NCBI GenBank assembly: GCA_902620585.1
Contig: CACNJC010000001.1
Span: forward strand, 18,879 to 82,878
Direction of reading: 5' to 3'
Source of the DNA: an uncultured Pelagibacteraceae bacterium
GTDB taxonomy: Bacteria > Pseudomonadota > Alphaproteobacteria > Pelagibacterales > Pelagibacteraceae
Length of the DNA stretch: 64,000 nucleotides
Shown: one piece after another, positions 33,751-47,211 of the stretch
Numbering within the stretch: the stretch's first letter is position 1
Layout of the letters: every line of letters begins with the position of its first letter
Program-made: the position numbers and the translations under genes
Notes under the pieces: model-generated
Told to the model about the DNA's origin: nothing
What the model saw: only the letters and a program-made list of their open reading frames with translations
Database searches by the model: none

Positions 33751-34700
33751 TACTTTTCTAATTTATCTTTTAAGTCTAATGTTTCCATAAGCTCATTCCA
33801 CTCCCTTTTAGAAAGATCTGAATTATTGAAATCAACTGTTTTTCCATTAAGTAAAGATTTAATTACTTTTAAACCTTTAGCCGAAACATTTGCTGCTCCA
33901 ACTCTGTAATCAAGAAAGGCTGCGTGAGTAATTGGAACCCATTTTTTAACGGTATCTAACATAGTTTCAGCATAAACTCTTATTTCATATTGAGCATGTT
34001 TGTCTGCTCTTAAAAATAAAAAATTTAGTAAATTTAATAAGTCGGTTTTCCAATACCATTGAGTATAAGAGTTAAGAGTTAAATTCATTCTGGCAAGTTC
34101 TCTTGCTAAACCAGTTTTATTTTCATCTATGACAGATCCATCAAATCTTTCGTTAAGCATTTTTTCGTAGTTATCGTAGGTTCTAGTAGCATCGTCTTTT
34201 AATATTTTAAGTACTTCATTTGCTTGATCGCCGGTTATTAAATTTCCTCTTCCTTGTCTATTAATTGTTGACTGTGCTGACAGCTGATCTTTTGAAGGAA
34301 TATAAAATTCTTTATCTAAAATTGAATACCTTGCTGAATATTCATTTACATTAGCAGTTCGATGTCTAATCCATTGACGAGCAATAAATATGGGAAGCTT
34401 GATATGATATTTAATTTCACACATTTCAAATGGAGTTGAATGCCAATGTCTCATCAAATATTTTATTAAACCTTCGTCAGTTGAAACTTTTTTTGTACCT
34501 TTTCCGTAAGAAACTCTTGCAGACTGAACGATTGAAGTATCATCCCCCATGTAATCAATAACTCTAACAAATCCATGATCTAAAACTGGAAGTGCTTCGT
34601 AAAGAATTTTTTCTAACTCTGGTGAAGTTACCCTTTTTGTCTCTTTCTTTTGAGCCTGTTGATCTGCAATTTCTTGCTTTTGTTCCGGTGTTAATTTCAT
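33750..34700 (-). CDS. thyX: Flavin-dependent thymidylate synthase (start re-assigned to MKLTPEQ at 34700)
   Basis: [29 protein letters not shown] (RHRX7S), HAQYEIR. The longer ORF call overlaps ssrA. Confidence 0.96.
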   Translation of the reverse strand: MKLTPEQKQEIADQQAQKKETKRVTSPELEKILYEALPVLDHGFVRVIDYMGDDTSIVQSARVSYGKGTKKVSTDEGLIKYLMRHWHSTPFEMCEIKYHIKLPIFIARQWIRHRTANVNEYSARYSILDKEFYIPSKDQLSAQSTINRQGRGNLITGDQANEVLKILKDDATRTYDNYEKMLNERFDGSVIDENKTGLARELARMNLTLNSYTQWYWKTDLLNLLNFLFLRADKHAQYEIRVYAETMLDTVKKWVPITHAAFLDYRVGAANVSAKGLKVIKSLLNGKTVDFNNSDLSKREWNELMETLDLKDKLEK

Positions 34701-34746
34701 TTTGAATAAACTTGTTGAATCTATATTAGAGAGTTTTATATTAATA

Positions 34747-35006
34747 GTGTTGGTTTTCCAACTATGACGATAAACGAATTTCGTAATAAACATTACGGAC
34801 GTGGGGGCAGTACCCACCACCTCCACCATTTACAACTTACGGGGGTGAATCAGGATCGACGGATGTCTAAAGGCTATTCTTTCGTACGAGATGGTTCCGA
34901 CGTAACGGGCCAATTTACAAATGCTAACGAAAGTTACGCACTTGCAGCTTAATTAACTTTGTTAATTAAGTAACGGGGTCCGGGGCACCTGGCAACAGAA
35001 CGCCCC
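34747..35006 (+). ncRNA. ssrA: Permuted two-piece tmRNA: acceptor piece ~34747-34828, spacer 34829-34840, coding piece 34841-35006
   Basis: T-arm GTGGG-GGCAGTA-CCCAC and CACCTCCACCA come before GGGGGTG (acceptor stem with G3:U). Tag (A)NESYALAA* at 34923-34952. 3' motif CCTGGCAACAGAA. The 5' boundary is approximate. Confidence 0.95.
34975..35006 (+). repeat. Direct repeat copy 1 (tmRNA coding-piece 3' end)
   Basis: GGGGTCCGGGGCACCTGGCAACAGAACGCCCC; 29/32 identical to 36233-36264. Confidence 0.93.
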
Positions 35007-35029
35007 TTAATTTTTTGTAAAATTGTCTT

Positions 35030-35146
35030 ATGAAGAAAAAAATTATTAAATATTTCTTAGCAGGTAGTTTCTATTTTTTTTTGATTAAAGGATTGATTTG
35101 GTTAATTGTAATTGTTGGTGCTTTTTTTGGAATAAATAAAATATAA
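35030..35146 (+). CDS. Small membrane protein, 38 aa (not in ORF track)
   Basis: Translates as MKKKIIKYFLAGSFYFFLIKGLIWLIVIVGAFFGINKI*. Basic N-terminus plus hydrophobic helix; fills the gap between ssrA and sodB exactly. Confidence 0.6.
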   Translation: MKKKIIKYFLAGSFYFFLIKGLIWLIVIVGAFFGINKI

Positions 35147-35147
35147 G

Positions 35148-35741
35148 TTATTCTAAGTTCGACTCAACGAATTCCCAATTAATCAACTTAGTATAAAAAT
35201 TTTCTAAATATTCTGGTCTTCTGTTCTTATAATCTACATAATATGAGTGTTCCCACACATCGCATCCTAAAATTGGTTTCATATTATGAATTAATGTATT
35301 TTCAGCATTTGGGGTTTTACTAACTATTAATTTGCCGTTATGAATTGATAGCCAACACCAGCCTGAGCCAAATTGTGTTACACCTGCTTGAATAAATTCT
35401 TTTTTGAAATTTTCTTCACTTCCAAAATCTTTTGTTATTCTATCTTTCAATTTTTTAGGCATTGCTCCACCTCCACCTGGTTTCATGCATTTCCAAAATA
35501 AAATATGATTCCAATGCTGACTTGCATTGTTAAAAATACCAATTTTTGATTTATCTTTTGAAGAATGCATTATTATTTCCTCTAAAGACATTTTTGACAT
35601 TTCAGTATCTTTAATAAAATTATTTAAATTAGTTATGTATGTTTGGTGATGTTTACCATGGTGTAAATCTAAAGTTTCCTCAGACATAATAGGCGCGAGA
35701 GCTTCTTTAGAGTAATCTAGTTTTGGAAGTTCAAATGTCAT
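35148..35741 (-). CDS. sodB: Superoxide dismutase, Fe-type
   Basis: HHGKHH, FNNASQHWNH (Gln), FGSGW, PNAEN (Ala) and DVWEHSYY; this Gln/Ala pattern is the Fe-SOD signature. Confidence 0.9.
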   Translation of the reverse strand: MTFELPKLDYSKEALAPIMSEETLDLHHGKHHQTYITNLNNFIKDTEMSKMSLEEIIMHSSKDKSKIGIFNNASQHWNHILFWKCMKPGGGGAMPKKLKDRITKDFGSEENFKKEFIQAGVTQFGSGWCWLSIHNGKLIVSKTPNAENTLIHNMKPILGCDVWEHSYYVDYKNRRPEYLENFYTKLINWEFVESNLE

Positions 35742-35875
35742 ATATTTAAGTACAAAATATTGATTAATTTAGATATGTCAATACTGACGCAATCATGACA
35801 AAATTAGGTGTTTACTGATTAGATTCTTTCATTAAGTCGCAGTGATATTTTCATATTAATCATTAGATTCTATTT

Positions 35876-35998
35876 ATGCAAACATCAATACTCATAATTT
35901 TAATGTTAGTAATCGCATTAATACTTTTTAGACCCCTTTCGAAAAAAGAACTTAAAAAGTTTGACGATAAGGATAACTGGTCAAATATGGGTTTTTAA
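35876..35998 (+). CDS. Small single-TM protein, 40 aa (not in ORF track)
   Basis: Translates as MQTSILIILMLVIALILFRPLSKKELKKFDDKDNWSNMGF*. Ends 19 nt before the next ATG on the same strand. Confidence 0.5.
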   Translation: MQTSILIILMLVIALILFRPLSKKELKKFDDKDNWSNMGF

Positions 35999-36017
35999 AA
36001 ATAACATAAAGGATAAT

Positions 36018-36224
36018 ATGAAAAATATTTTATTTGCTTTAGTGATTTGTCTTTTTTCAAGTTCAGCATTCGCAGGTTCCTGTCCAATGCTAGCTGGAAA
36101 AGTGCAATCCAAAATTGAAACAGCTAAAAAACTTCACGAAGAAGGTTTAAATGCTCATTTAAATGGAGATCATGCTAAATCAGAAGAACTTTTAAAAAAA
36201 GCTTTAGAATTATTTAAAAGTTAA
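36018..36224 (+). CDS. Small secreted helical protein, 68 aa, with Cys/His residues
   Basis: SD AAGGA, then MKNILFALVICLFSSSAFA signal peptide; mature part GSCPM...LHEEGLNAHLNGDHAKS. The ORF-track start at 35961 is too early. Confidence 0.8.
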   Translation: MKNILFALVICLFSSSAFAGSCPMLAGKVQSKIETAKKLHEEGLNAHLNGDHAKSEELLKKALELFKS

Positions 36225-36232
36225 TTATAGTT

Positions 36233-36264
36233 GAGGTTCGGGGCACCTAGCAACAGAACGCCCC
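36233..36264 (+). repeat. Direct repeat copy 2 of the tmRNA 3' end
   Basis: GAGGTTCGGGGCACCTAGCAACAGAACGCCCC; a GC-rich island in AT-rich DNA with 3 mismatches to copy 1. Confidence 0.93.
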
Positions 36265-36271
36265 ATTAAAT

Positions 36272-37732
36272 ATGTTAGATAAAAGAATTGGTTGGCAATT
36301 TGACAATACGTACTCGAGTCTTCCAGAAAGCATGCTTTCTAAACTTAGTCCAACTCCTGTAAAAGCTCCAGAAATTGTTATTTTTAATGACTCATTATCA
36401 AAAAAATTAGGATTAGATTTTTCAAAAATAAGTAAAAAAGAATTAGCTTCGATATTTTCAGGAAATCAATTGCCTATTGGATCTGAGTCAATTGCACAAG
36501 CCTACGCTGGTCATCAATTCGGTCACTTCACAATTTTAGGTGATGGGAGAGCTTTAATGATAGGTGAACACATAACAAAAGACAATAAAAGATACGATTT
36601 ACAATTTAAAGGTTCTGGGAAAACTCCTTATTCCAGAAACGCAGATGGAAGAGCTGCTCTTGGTCCAATGTTAAGAGAATACATTATAAGTGAAGCCATG
36701 CACGGTCTAAAAGTTCCAACGACTAGAAGCTTAGCAGTAGTAAAAACTGGAGAAAATATTATTCGAGAGGAAAATTTAGACGGAGCTATATTAACAAGAG
36801 TCGCTTCAAGTCATATAAGAGTTGGAACCTTTCAGTATGCACTTATTTCAAATAATAAAAATGATTTAAAATCACTGTTCAATTATACTATTAAACGTCA
36901 TTATCCAGAAATTCTAAAATCTAAAACAGCTGCAGTTGACTTATTAAAGATTGTTTATGAAAAACAAATGAGTCTTATTTCAGAATGGATGAGAGTTGGG
37001 TTTGTCCACGGGGTAATGAATACTGACAATATGACTATTTCTGGAGAAACTATCGATTATGGACCTTGTGCTTTTATGGATACTTACAGTCCTGATACTG
37101 TATTTAGCTCAATAGATCTTCATGGCAGGTACGCCTATTTTAATCAGCCTGCAATAACAAAATGGAATTTAGAAAGATTTGCTGAGTCATTGCTTCCTTT
37201 AATAGACGACAATAGAGAAAAAGCTATAAAGTCAGCTACTGAGATAATGTCTACTTTTCCTAACAGATATAAAAAAGTTTGGATTACAATGATGAAAAAT
37301 AAATTAGGAATAATTGGAGATGATCCAGATGATGAAAGTTTAATTTCAGAGCTTTTAAGTTGGATGCATTTGAACAAAATAGATTATACAAATACTTTTT
37401 GTTTTCTAATGGATGAATTGCTAATAGGCAAAGAGATTTACTCAAATAAACAGTTTTTATCATGGAAAAAAAAATGGGCACAAAGACGGCTAATTGGAAA
37501 TACAATTGAAGGCTCAATAAGTCTTATGCGAAAATCAAATCCACTTTTTATACCAAGAAATCATATAGTAGAAGATGCTCTTAAATTTGCAACTGAATTA
37601 AATGATCTTACTAAAGTAAAACAATTTTTATTAGCTTGCGAAAACCCATATGAAAAAAAAACTCACATTATGCAATATCAAAAGGTCCCTAAGCCAACAA
37701 ATAAAAAGTATCAAACATATTGCGGTACTTAA
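36272..37732 (+). CDS. selO: Protein adenylyltransferase SelO/YdiU
   Basis: YAGHQFG, LGDGRA, KGSGKTPYSRNADGRA, HGVMNTDN, IDYGPC, C-terminal TYCGT. Confidence 0.95.
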   Translation: MLDKRIGWQFDNTYSSLPESMLSKLSPTPVKAPEIVIFNDSLSKKLGLDFSKISKKELASIFSGNQLPIGSESIAQAYAGHQFGHFTILGDGRALMIGEHITKDNKRYDLQFKGSGKTPYSRNADGRAALGPMLREYIISEAMHGLKVPTTRSLAVVKTGENIIREENLDGAILTRVASSHIRVGTFQYALISNNKNDLKSLFNYTIKRHYPEILKSKTAAVDLLKIVYEKQMSLISEWMRVGFVHGVMNTDNMTISGETIDYGPCAFMDTYSPDTVFSSIDLHGRYAYFNQPAITKWNLERFAESLLPLIDDNREKAIKSATEIMSTFPNRYKKVWITMMKNKLGIIGDDPDDESLISELLSWMHLNKIDYTNTFCFLMDELLIGKEIYSNKQFLSWKKKWAQRRLIGNTIEGSISLMRKSNPLFIPRNHIVEDALKFATELNDLTKVKQFLLACENPYEKKTHIMQYQKVPKPTNKKYQTYCGT

Positions 37733-37756
37733 AAAATATCTGATATAAGTGCTATT

Positions 37757-38071
37757 ATGAAAAAAACTTTATCATCACTTATTATATTTATTTTCGTAAT
37801 ATCCTGTGCGTCACCAGAGGTAGTAAACGTAATTGGACCTAACGATAATAAATTAAGTTGTGAAGAATTAAGCAACGAGATTGCAAGAGCCAATGAACTT
37901 GCGGATAAAGCACAACAAGCCAAAAAAATGGATAAAGCCCATAACCTTGGGGCTATTTTATTTTTTCTACCTGGTTATGGAATGACAATGAACAACATAC
38001 AAGAAGCTACAAAAGCTGCGAAAGAAAGAACTTTGCATTTAAACAAAATAAAAGAAAAAAAAAATTGTTGA
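37757..38071 (+). CDS. Hypothetical lipoprotein
   Basis: MKK, hydrophobic stretch, VISC lipobox; LSCEEL helix and a terminal Cys. Confidence 0.7.
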   Translation: MKKTLSSLIIFIFVISCASPEVVNVIGPNDNKLSCEELSNEIARANELADKAQQAKKMDKAHNLGAILFFLPGYGMTMNNIQEATKAAKERTLHLNKIKEKKNC

Positions 38072-38086
38072 TTTTCTTTTAAAATT

Positions 38087-38167
38087 TTAAAAGATATATT
38101 TATCTCCTAAATATATAATTAAACCTAAGGCTATTCCTATTAATATCCAATAATAATTTTCTTTCAT
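38087..38167 (-). CDS. Small single-TM protein, 26 aa (not in ORF track)
   Basis: Translates as MKENYYWILIGIALGLIIYLGDKYIF*. Its ATG overlaps the upstream stop (TAATG). Confidence 0.5.
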   Translation of the reverse strand: MKENYYWILIGIALGLIIYLGDKYIF

Positions 38168-38538
38168 TAGGCAACAAACTTACTTAAATTTGGTTTAAAA
38201 TAATTAGGTCCTTTCATAACTTTGCCTTGGTCGTTATAAATAGGTTTGCCGTTATCAGCTAATTTACTCATATTGGATTTTTGGACTTCATCAAAGCATT
38301 TATCTAAATCTATGCCAAAAGCATGTCCCGCACCATAAGTGACATACAAAATGTCCGTTAAAGCATCAGCTACTTCTTTTATATCTTTTTTTTCAATTGC
38401 TTCTTCTAATTCTGCCAGTTCTTCCTTAATTAGACTGAGTCTAAGGTCTATTTTTTTATTTTCTGGAAAACTAGCTTTTGTTCTTACTTCTTGACCAAAA
38501 GTTTGCATGAATTTTTTAACGCTTTCAAAGTTTGTCAT
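38167..38538 (-). CDS. MazG-like NTP pyrophosphohydrolase family protein
   Basis: LIKEELAEL...EVADALTDILYVTYG, EVQKSNMSKL, GKVMKGPNYFKP; SD GGAG. Confidence 0.88.
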   Translation of the reverse strand: MTNFESVKKFMQTFGQEVRTKASFPENKKIDLRLSLIKEELAELEEAIEKKDIKEVADALTDILYVTYGAGHAFGIDLDKCFDEVQKSNMSKLADNGKPIYNDQGKVMKGPNYFKPNLSKFVA

Positions 38539-38591
38539 ATTTTCTCCATATAAATTTTATATTATAAGTGTATTATATCAAAGAATCGTAA

Positions 38592-39980
38592 ATGAAATAT
38601 AGAACAGAATTCGATAGTATAGGAAAAATTAAGGTGCCTGGTGATAAGTATTGGGGTGCTTCTACAGAAAGATCAAATAAATATTTCAATATAGGAGATT
38701 TTCTTGTCAGGCCAATAGTTATTCGGTCTATTGCTATAATAAAAAAAGCTGCAGCTATTGTTAATGCCAAAAATAAAGATTTAGATCACAAGTTAAGTAA
38801 GTTCATAATTAAAGCAGCTGATGAAGTAATCAAAGGAAAACATGATGAACATTTCCCTTTAAAAGTATGGCAAACAGGATCTGGTACTCAAACAAACATG
38901 AATGTTAATGAAGTTATAGCCAATAGAGCAATTCAAATGATGGGTGGTAAAATGGGTACAAAAAAACCAATTCATCCTAACGATCATGTAAATAAATCGC
39001 AATCAACGAACGATGTTTTTCCAACTGCTATGCATATTGCTATAGCAATAAAAACTAAGAATAAACTATTGCCTTCATTAAAATTATTAGAAAAAGAATT
39101 ATTAAAAAAATCAAAGGAATTTAAAAATATTGTTAAAGTTGGACGAACACATCTACAAGATGCAACTCCTTTAACTTTAGGTCAGGAATTTTCAGGATAT
39201 TATTCTCAACTAAAAAAATGCATAATTAGAATAGAAAAAGCCTTAGATGAAATTTATTATTTGGCGCAAGGAGGTACTGCTGTTGGGACTGGATTAAATA
39301 CTAAAAAAAATTTTGACAAAAAGATTGTTAAAGAAATATGCAAAATTACTAAGCTACCATTTGTAGCAGCAACAAATAAGTTTGCAGCCTTAGCAGCTCA
39401 TGATGAAATTGTAAATTTTTCTGGAACTCTTAATACAACAGCAGTTTGCCTGATGAAGATTGCTAATGATATAAGATTTCTTGGATCTGGACCAAGAGCA
39501 GGTTATGGAGAATTAATTTTACCATCAAATGAACCTGGATCTTCCATTATGCCAGGTAAAGTAAACCCAACTCAATCCGAAGCTGTTACAATGGTTTGTG
39601 TCAAAGTGATTGGTAATCATAATGGTATTACTATGGCTGGGTCTCATGGACACTTTGAGTTAAATGTTTTTAAACCTTTAATCATTCATAATATTTTACA
39701 ATCCATAAATATAATGGGCGACTCAGCAAAGACATTTGCTTTATATTGTGTAAAAGGAATTAAGGCTGATAAAAAAAGAATTAAATATCTTCTAGATAAT
39801 TCACTAATGTTAGTCACTGCATTAGCGCCGAAAATTGGTTATGATAAAGCAGCTCAAATTGCAAAAACGGCACATAAAAATGGAACAACATTAAAAAACG
39901 AAGTGGTTAAAAGTGGGCTTGTTAGTGAAAAAGAATATGACAAAATAATGAGCCCGATAAAAATGACAAAACCAAAATAA
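38592..39980 (+). CDS. fumC: Class II fumarate hydratase
   Basis: [33 protein letters not shown]. Confidence 0.97.
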   Translation: MKYRTEFDSIGKIKVPGDKYWGASTERSNKYFNIGDFLVRPIVIRSIAIIKKAAAIVNAKNKDLDHKLSKFIIKAADEVIKGKHDEHFPLKVWQTGSGTQTNMNVNEVIANRAIQMMGGKMGTKKPIHPNDHVNKSQSTNDVFPTAMHIAIAIKTKNKLLPSLKLLEKELLKKSKEFKNIVKVGRTHLQDATPLTLGQEFSGYYSQLKKCIIRIEKALDEIYYLAQGGTAVGTGLNTKKNFDKKIVKEICKITKLPFVAATNKFAALAAHDEIVNFSGTLNTTAVCLMKIANDIRFLGSGPRAGYGELILPSNEPGSSIMPGKVNPTQSEAVTMVCVKVIGNHNGITMAGSHGHFELNVFKPLIIHNILQSINIMGDSAKTFALYCVKGIKADKKRIKYLLDNSLMLVTALAPKIGYDKAAQIAKTAHKNGTTLKNEVVKSGLVSEKEYDKIMSPIKMTKPK

Positions 39981-39982
39981 TA

Positions 39983-41380
39983 TTAGATTATTGCTGAAAC
40001 AAAATCTTTTATCTTATTAAATTCAAATATCCCAAAGAAGTTTTTATTAAATAAAATATTTTCAAAAGACTCTTTAAAGTACTTAATATCCTCTTCATTG
40101 GCTACATAACCATTGGACTCACTAATTTTTTTAAAATTTATCTTTTTATTTAGGAGGTTAATAGATCCTTCAACGTTTAAATTAATTTTTTCAACTATTT
40201 TTTCTTTAGGTAATGAAAATTTCTTAAATAGTTTTTTTATATTTTCAATTTTAAATGAACAATCAAAATTTAATCTTGGATAATCAGCAACTAGCGAACT
40301 ATCTCCTTTGCACTGTATATTGCCTCCAACAATCGATATATTTTTTAAAAAAACTAGTCTACCATAAGCTAAATTTATCTCGGTTGAGAAAGTTTTTATC
40401 AAATCATTACTGAACTTTTTTGATTTATAATTAATTATATTGTCACTGTTTATCTTTTTAATAAAGTTCTTATTATTTAATATGTTTATTAAATCAAATT
40501 TCTTTATTTTTTCTTTATTAATTTTTTTAATATCTATTACTGAGTTAATGTAGAAAAAAGGATTAAATTCAATAAAACTTTTGAATGCAATAGACAAATC
40601 TTTGTTTCTTAATGTAGAATCATACATTTCTAAAAGGTTTTTATTTGCCTTAAAATTAAATTTTAAATTGTTTTTAGGAAAGCTTATCTTCGATGATCCA
40701 GACATTAGTTTTGACGAACTATTTTCATCAAATTGCAAATTTGCTTTTATACCTGTATTTAAAATTTTAAAATCTAAGGCTTTATCATTTAAATAAGCTT
40801 TGAATTTTTTTTCAAATACTTTTCCATTAATCTTATATTTCTTATAGCCATAATTTGAAAAAGTTACTTTTTTTACTTCAAACAAACTCTTATTGTCTCT
40901 CAATAAATTGAGATTTAAATCTTTAATGTCAAATTTATAATCTACATTATCAAAATAAGTTAAAAGTTTTTTTACACTGTCAATCTTTAGAGATATATTG
41001 GTGTCTTTAAGTATTATCTTTCTAGCTTTAAAGTTTTCATATCTATAAATATTTTTTATGCTTAAAAAAATGTTTAGATCTTCTGATTTTAGGGGTATCC
41101 CTTCTTTTTGAATTATTAAGCTTGCTTTTTTAATAGATAAGTTGGGTAAAGGTAAAACGTTATATTTAATTGATTCATAATCATTAAGTTTCAAATTATA
41201 ATTACTAGATAAATATTGCTTGAGTATCTCTTGTTTTTTTTCATAATTGAAAAATTTTGGAATCAAAATAAACAAGGATATTGAAATCAAAAAAATTGCT
41301 AATACATACCTTAAAAAGAAAAAAAATTTGAAAAACCTTAAGTACTTATTGTGAATTATTTTGTGAATTTTATTAATCAT
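39983..41380 (-). CDS. Hypothetical membrane-anchored envelope protein, AsmA-like N-terminus (start at MINKIH)
   Basis: N-terminal TM, then IPKFFNYE...YNVLPLPNLSIK and beta-rich, Lys/Asn-rich sequence. The family call is weak. Confidence 0.55.
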   Translation of the reverse strand: MINKIHKIIHNKYLRFFKFFFFLRYVLAIFLISISLFILIPKFFNYEKKQEILKQYLSSNYNLKLNDYESIKYNVLPLPNLSIKKASLIIQKEGIPLKSEDLNIFLSIKNIYRYENFKARKIILKDTNISLKIDSVKKLLTYFDNVDYKFDIKDLNLNLLRDNKSLFEVKKVTFSNYGYKKYKINGKVFEKKFKAYLNDKALDFKILNTGIKANLQFDENSSSKLMSGSSKISFPKNNLKFNFKANKNLLEMYDSTLRNKDLSIAFKSFIEFNPFFYINSVIDIKKINKEKIKKFDLINILNNKNFIKKINSDNIINYKSKKFSNDLIKTFSTEINLAYGRLVFLKNISIVGGNIQCKGDSSLVADYPRLNFDCSFKIENIKKLFKKFSLPKEKIVEKINLNVEGSINLLNKKINFKKISESNGYVANEEDIKYFKESFENILFNKNFFGIFEFNKIKDFVSAII

Positions 41381-41423
41381 TTTTTTATTTTTGTATCTAG
41401 TGTATAAATGAAATTTTTCTAAT

Positions 41424-43459
41424 ATGAATAGCATAGATAAATTAATTGAAAGTCTAAACAAAGAGCAAAAAGAAGCAGTATTAAATACTGAAGGCCCAAA
41501 CCTGATCGTGGCTGGTGCTGGTTCTGGAAAAACTAGAGTTCTTACAACTAGACTAATTCATATCATTAACCAAAAAAAAGCGTGGCCAAATCAAATATTA
41601 TGCGTGACATTTACAAATAAGGCCGCCAAAGAGATGCAGAGTAGAGTTATGTCTCATATTAAGGGTAGCTCAAGTTCGGTTCCTTGGTTAGGAACTTTCC
41701 ATTCAACTAGCGTTAAATTTCTTAGGAGACACGCAGAGGCGTTAGGTTATAAAAGTAATTTTACAATTTTAGATACTGAAGATCAAAAAAAATTAATTAG
41801 AAATATTGTTAAAGGTGAGGAATTAGATGCTAAGAAATTTTCACCTCAATTAATTTTATATCATATTGATCAGTGGAAAAACAAAGGTTTACTGCCATCA
41901 GATGTTAAAATTAAAGAATCAGGGTCAATTATAAAATCAATTTTAAAAGTTTACGATGTGTATCAAAAAAAAGTTAAGGATTTAAACGCGTTTGATTTTG
42001 GTGATTTAATTTTATTTTGTGTAAAACTTTTTGAAGAACACAAAGATATAAGAGAAATTTATAAAAAAAATTTCAAGTACATCTTAGTTGATGAATTTCA
42101 AGATACAAACTTTATTCAAAATAAATGGTTAAATTTATTAGTAAATGACAAGCAAAATATTTGCTGCGTTGGTGACGATGATCAGTCTATATATAGCTGG
42201 CGTGGTGCGGAAATCAAAAATTTTTTAACCTTTGATCAAATCTATAGTAATTGCAAAGTGTTTAAGTTAGAACAAAATTATAGATCTACAAAAAACATAC
42301 TTGAAACTGCCTCAACGCTCATTTCAAATAATTCTAGCCGAGTTGGAAAAAAATTGTGGTCATCTGCAACACAAGGAGAAACAGTCAAACTAAATTGTTA
42401 TAAAACAGGAAAAGATGAAGCCCAAGGAATTAGTGATATTATAGAACATAAAATTAAAAAGAAATATTCTTTAAACGATGTATCAATTCTAGTAAGAGCA
42501 ATTTACCAAACAAGAGAATTTGAAGAAAGATTTATGCAGGTAGGAATAGGATATAGGATTTTAGGTGGAATCAAGTTTTATGAGAGAGCGGAGATAAAAG
42601 ATGCGGTGTCATATCTAAGAATTATAAACCAAAAATATGACGACTTAGCATTAGAAAGAGTAATTGGAACACCCAAAAGAGGTGTCGGTGAAAGCACACT
42701 TAATCAAATTTATCAATTTAGTAATCAAAATAAGCTTTGTTTAGAAGACTCTATTATAAAAATTTTAGAAAAAGGAAATTTCAAACCTAGAATTAAAACA
42801 TCATTAAAACAATTAATTAATATGATTAATAAGTGGCGTGTAGACTCAAAGAAAATGAAACATCATGATCTGTTAAAATTAATTTTGGATGAATCTGGAT
42901 ACTCTGAAATGCTTAAAAACAAAAAAGATTTAGAAAATGAAAATAGATTGGAAAATTTAAAAGAGTTGCTTAGAGCAATGCAAGATTACGATGACTTACA
43001 AAGTTTTTTAGAACATGTCGCTTTAGCAACTTCTATTGATCAAGAGTGGGAAGGAGCTAAGGTTAGTCTAATGACAATGCACGCGGCAAAAGGTTTAGAA
43101 TTTGACGTAGTTTTTTTACCTGGTTGGGAAGAAGGACTATTTCCACATCAAAAATCTCTCGAAGAAAAAGGAGACTTTGCTTTAGAAGAAGAAAGAAGAT
43201 TGGCTTATGTTGGGATTACTCGGGCAAAAAAAGAGGCGTATTTATCATTCGCGATGAGAAGAGCCTATCATGGTGATTGGATGGACGCATTACCTTCAAG
43301 GTTTATTAATGAAATTCCTGAAAACGGTGTTGAAAAAAATGAAATAAATTTAGATAAAACAATTGATGATTTTGATTTTAATCAAGATAGTTCTATAGAA
43401 TTTGATGAAGAATATAGAAGTCCTGGATGGAATAGATACAAAAAAAATAAAGAGCTCAA

Positions 43460-43472
<13 letters not shown>
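41424..43472 (+). CDS. uvrD: ATP-dependent DNA helicase UvrD/PcrA
   Basis: AGAGSGKT, VDEFQDTN, VGDDDQSIY, LEQNYRST, HAAKGLEF, EERRLAYVGITRA. Confidence 0.95.
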
Positions 43473-47200
<3,728 letters not shown>

Positions 47201-47211
47201 ATTTAAATAAA

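Noticed and set aside
34701-34829. 43-aa N-terminal extension of ThyX in the ORF track
   Set aside because: Antisense to the tmRNA acceptor piece and promoter; the ATG at 34700 is the plausible start.
34764-34952. 62-aa ORF ending in ANESYALAA
   Set aside because: It runs through the tmRNA structure; only the last codons are the proteolysis tag.
35775-35871. GTCA-ATAC-TGAC palindrome and ATTAGATTCT direct repeat between sodB and the small ORFs, as a RegA/Fur/Irr-type site
   Set aside because: Short, AT-rich and not a convincing match to a consensus I can state; needs comparative footprinting.
34975-36264. The two 32-bp repeats as a CRISPR array or IS ends
   Set aside because: Only two direct copies 1.26 kb apart, with no cas, transposase or integrase gene; the sequence is part of ssrA.
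33750-38538. thyX plus MazG-like gene near ssrA as a prophage signature
   Set aside because: Both look like ordinary cellular genes among housekeeping neighbours; no phage structural, replication or integrase genes are present.
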